Below, piece after piece: positions 63,591-64,000 of a stretch of 64,000 nucleotides of DNA. The notes beneath the pieces were generated by a model. The model was not told the DNA's origin and ran no database searches. It saw only the letters and a list, made by a program, of their open reading frames with translations. The translations under genes and the position numbers were made by a program. Source of the DNA: the human T2T-CHM13v2.0 reference genome, Homo sapiens; NCBI RefSeq assembly GCF_009914755.1, contig NC_060932.1; one strand, written 5' to 3'. Numbering within the stretch: the first letter of the stretch is position 1; each line of letters opens with the position of its first letter.

Positions 63591-64000
63591 AAGCAGGTAG
63601 CAACAAGAAGTGTACCCCGATGAACTGCTTTTCTGCAACAACTATATCAAGTAATATAATGTATAAATTTCAGCACATTCTTTCCCCAAACAGTTCATGA
63701 GAAAAAATAACATTATATTACATATTCAAAGCAATTTAAAAATATACTATGTGGTGTGCTGGCAGTGAAGAAACCCAAATTCCTAACACATAGCCTAACC
63801 CCAATATACTTAACAATTTTCCTTATTCTAATAGCAAAGAGTTGATTAAGGCCTTTCAAAAATATTTCAATATCAAATTTAAGGTCACTGGTATCTATTC
63901 TCCATTCACTTATGTTCAGCATTGTAATCCCGCCTAAAATTAAAGCTTCCATGGAACGATGGCCAATATTAAATCATATAACTGACAACTATGACTTCTG

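Overview
AT-rich, repeat-dense primate (ape-like) genomic DNA lying inside the tankyrase-1 gene (TNKS/PARP5A), which runs on the minus strand. Only two coding exons are present, both encoding ankyrin repeats: exon 2 (57501-57725, 225 nt) and exon 3 (22221-22316, 96 nt). They are separated by a 35,184-nt intron. The rest is intronic: 24 Alu elements or fragments (18 antisense and 6 sense to TNKS), old L1/L2/MIR pieces, MaLR/ERV LTRs, Tigger/Charlie DNA-transposon fossils and microsatellites. Almost all other ORF-track entries are Alu-derived or chance ORFs. I see no demonstrable new biological system. The best leads are: (1) exon 2, or exons 2+3, flanked by inverted Alus and giving a stop-free circular reading frame if back-spliced; (2) an in-frame upstream ATG and a strong but unusable 5' splice site just upstream of exon 3; (3) a young AluY with a 12-bp deletion and clustered AT-to-GC changes; (4) several templated-insertion repair scars. 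Repeat subfamily names come from recalled consensus sequences, and boundaries of old repeats are approximate.
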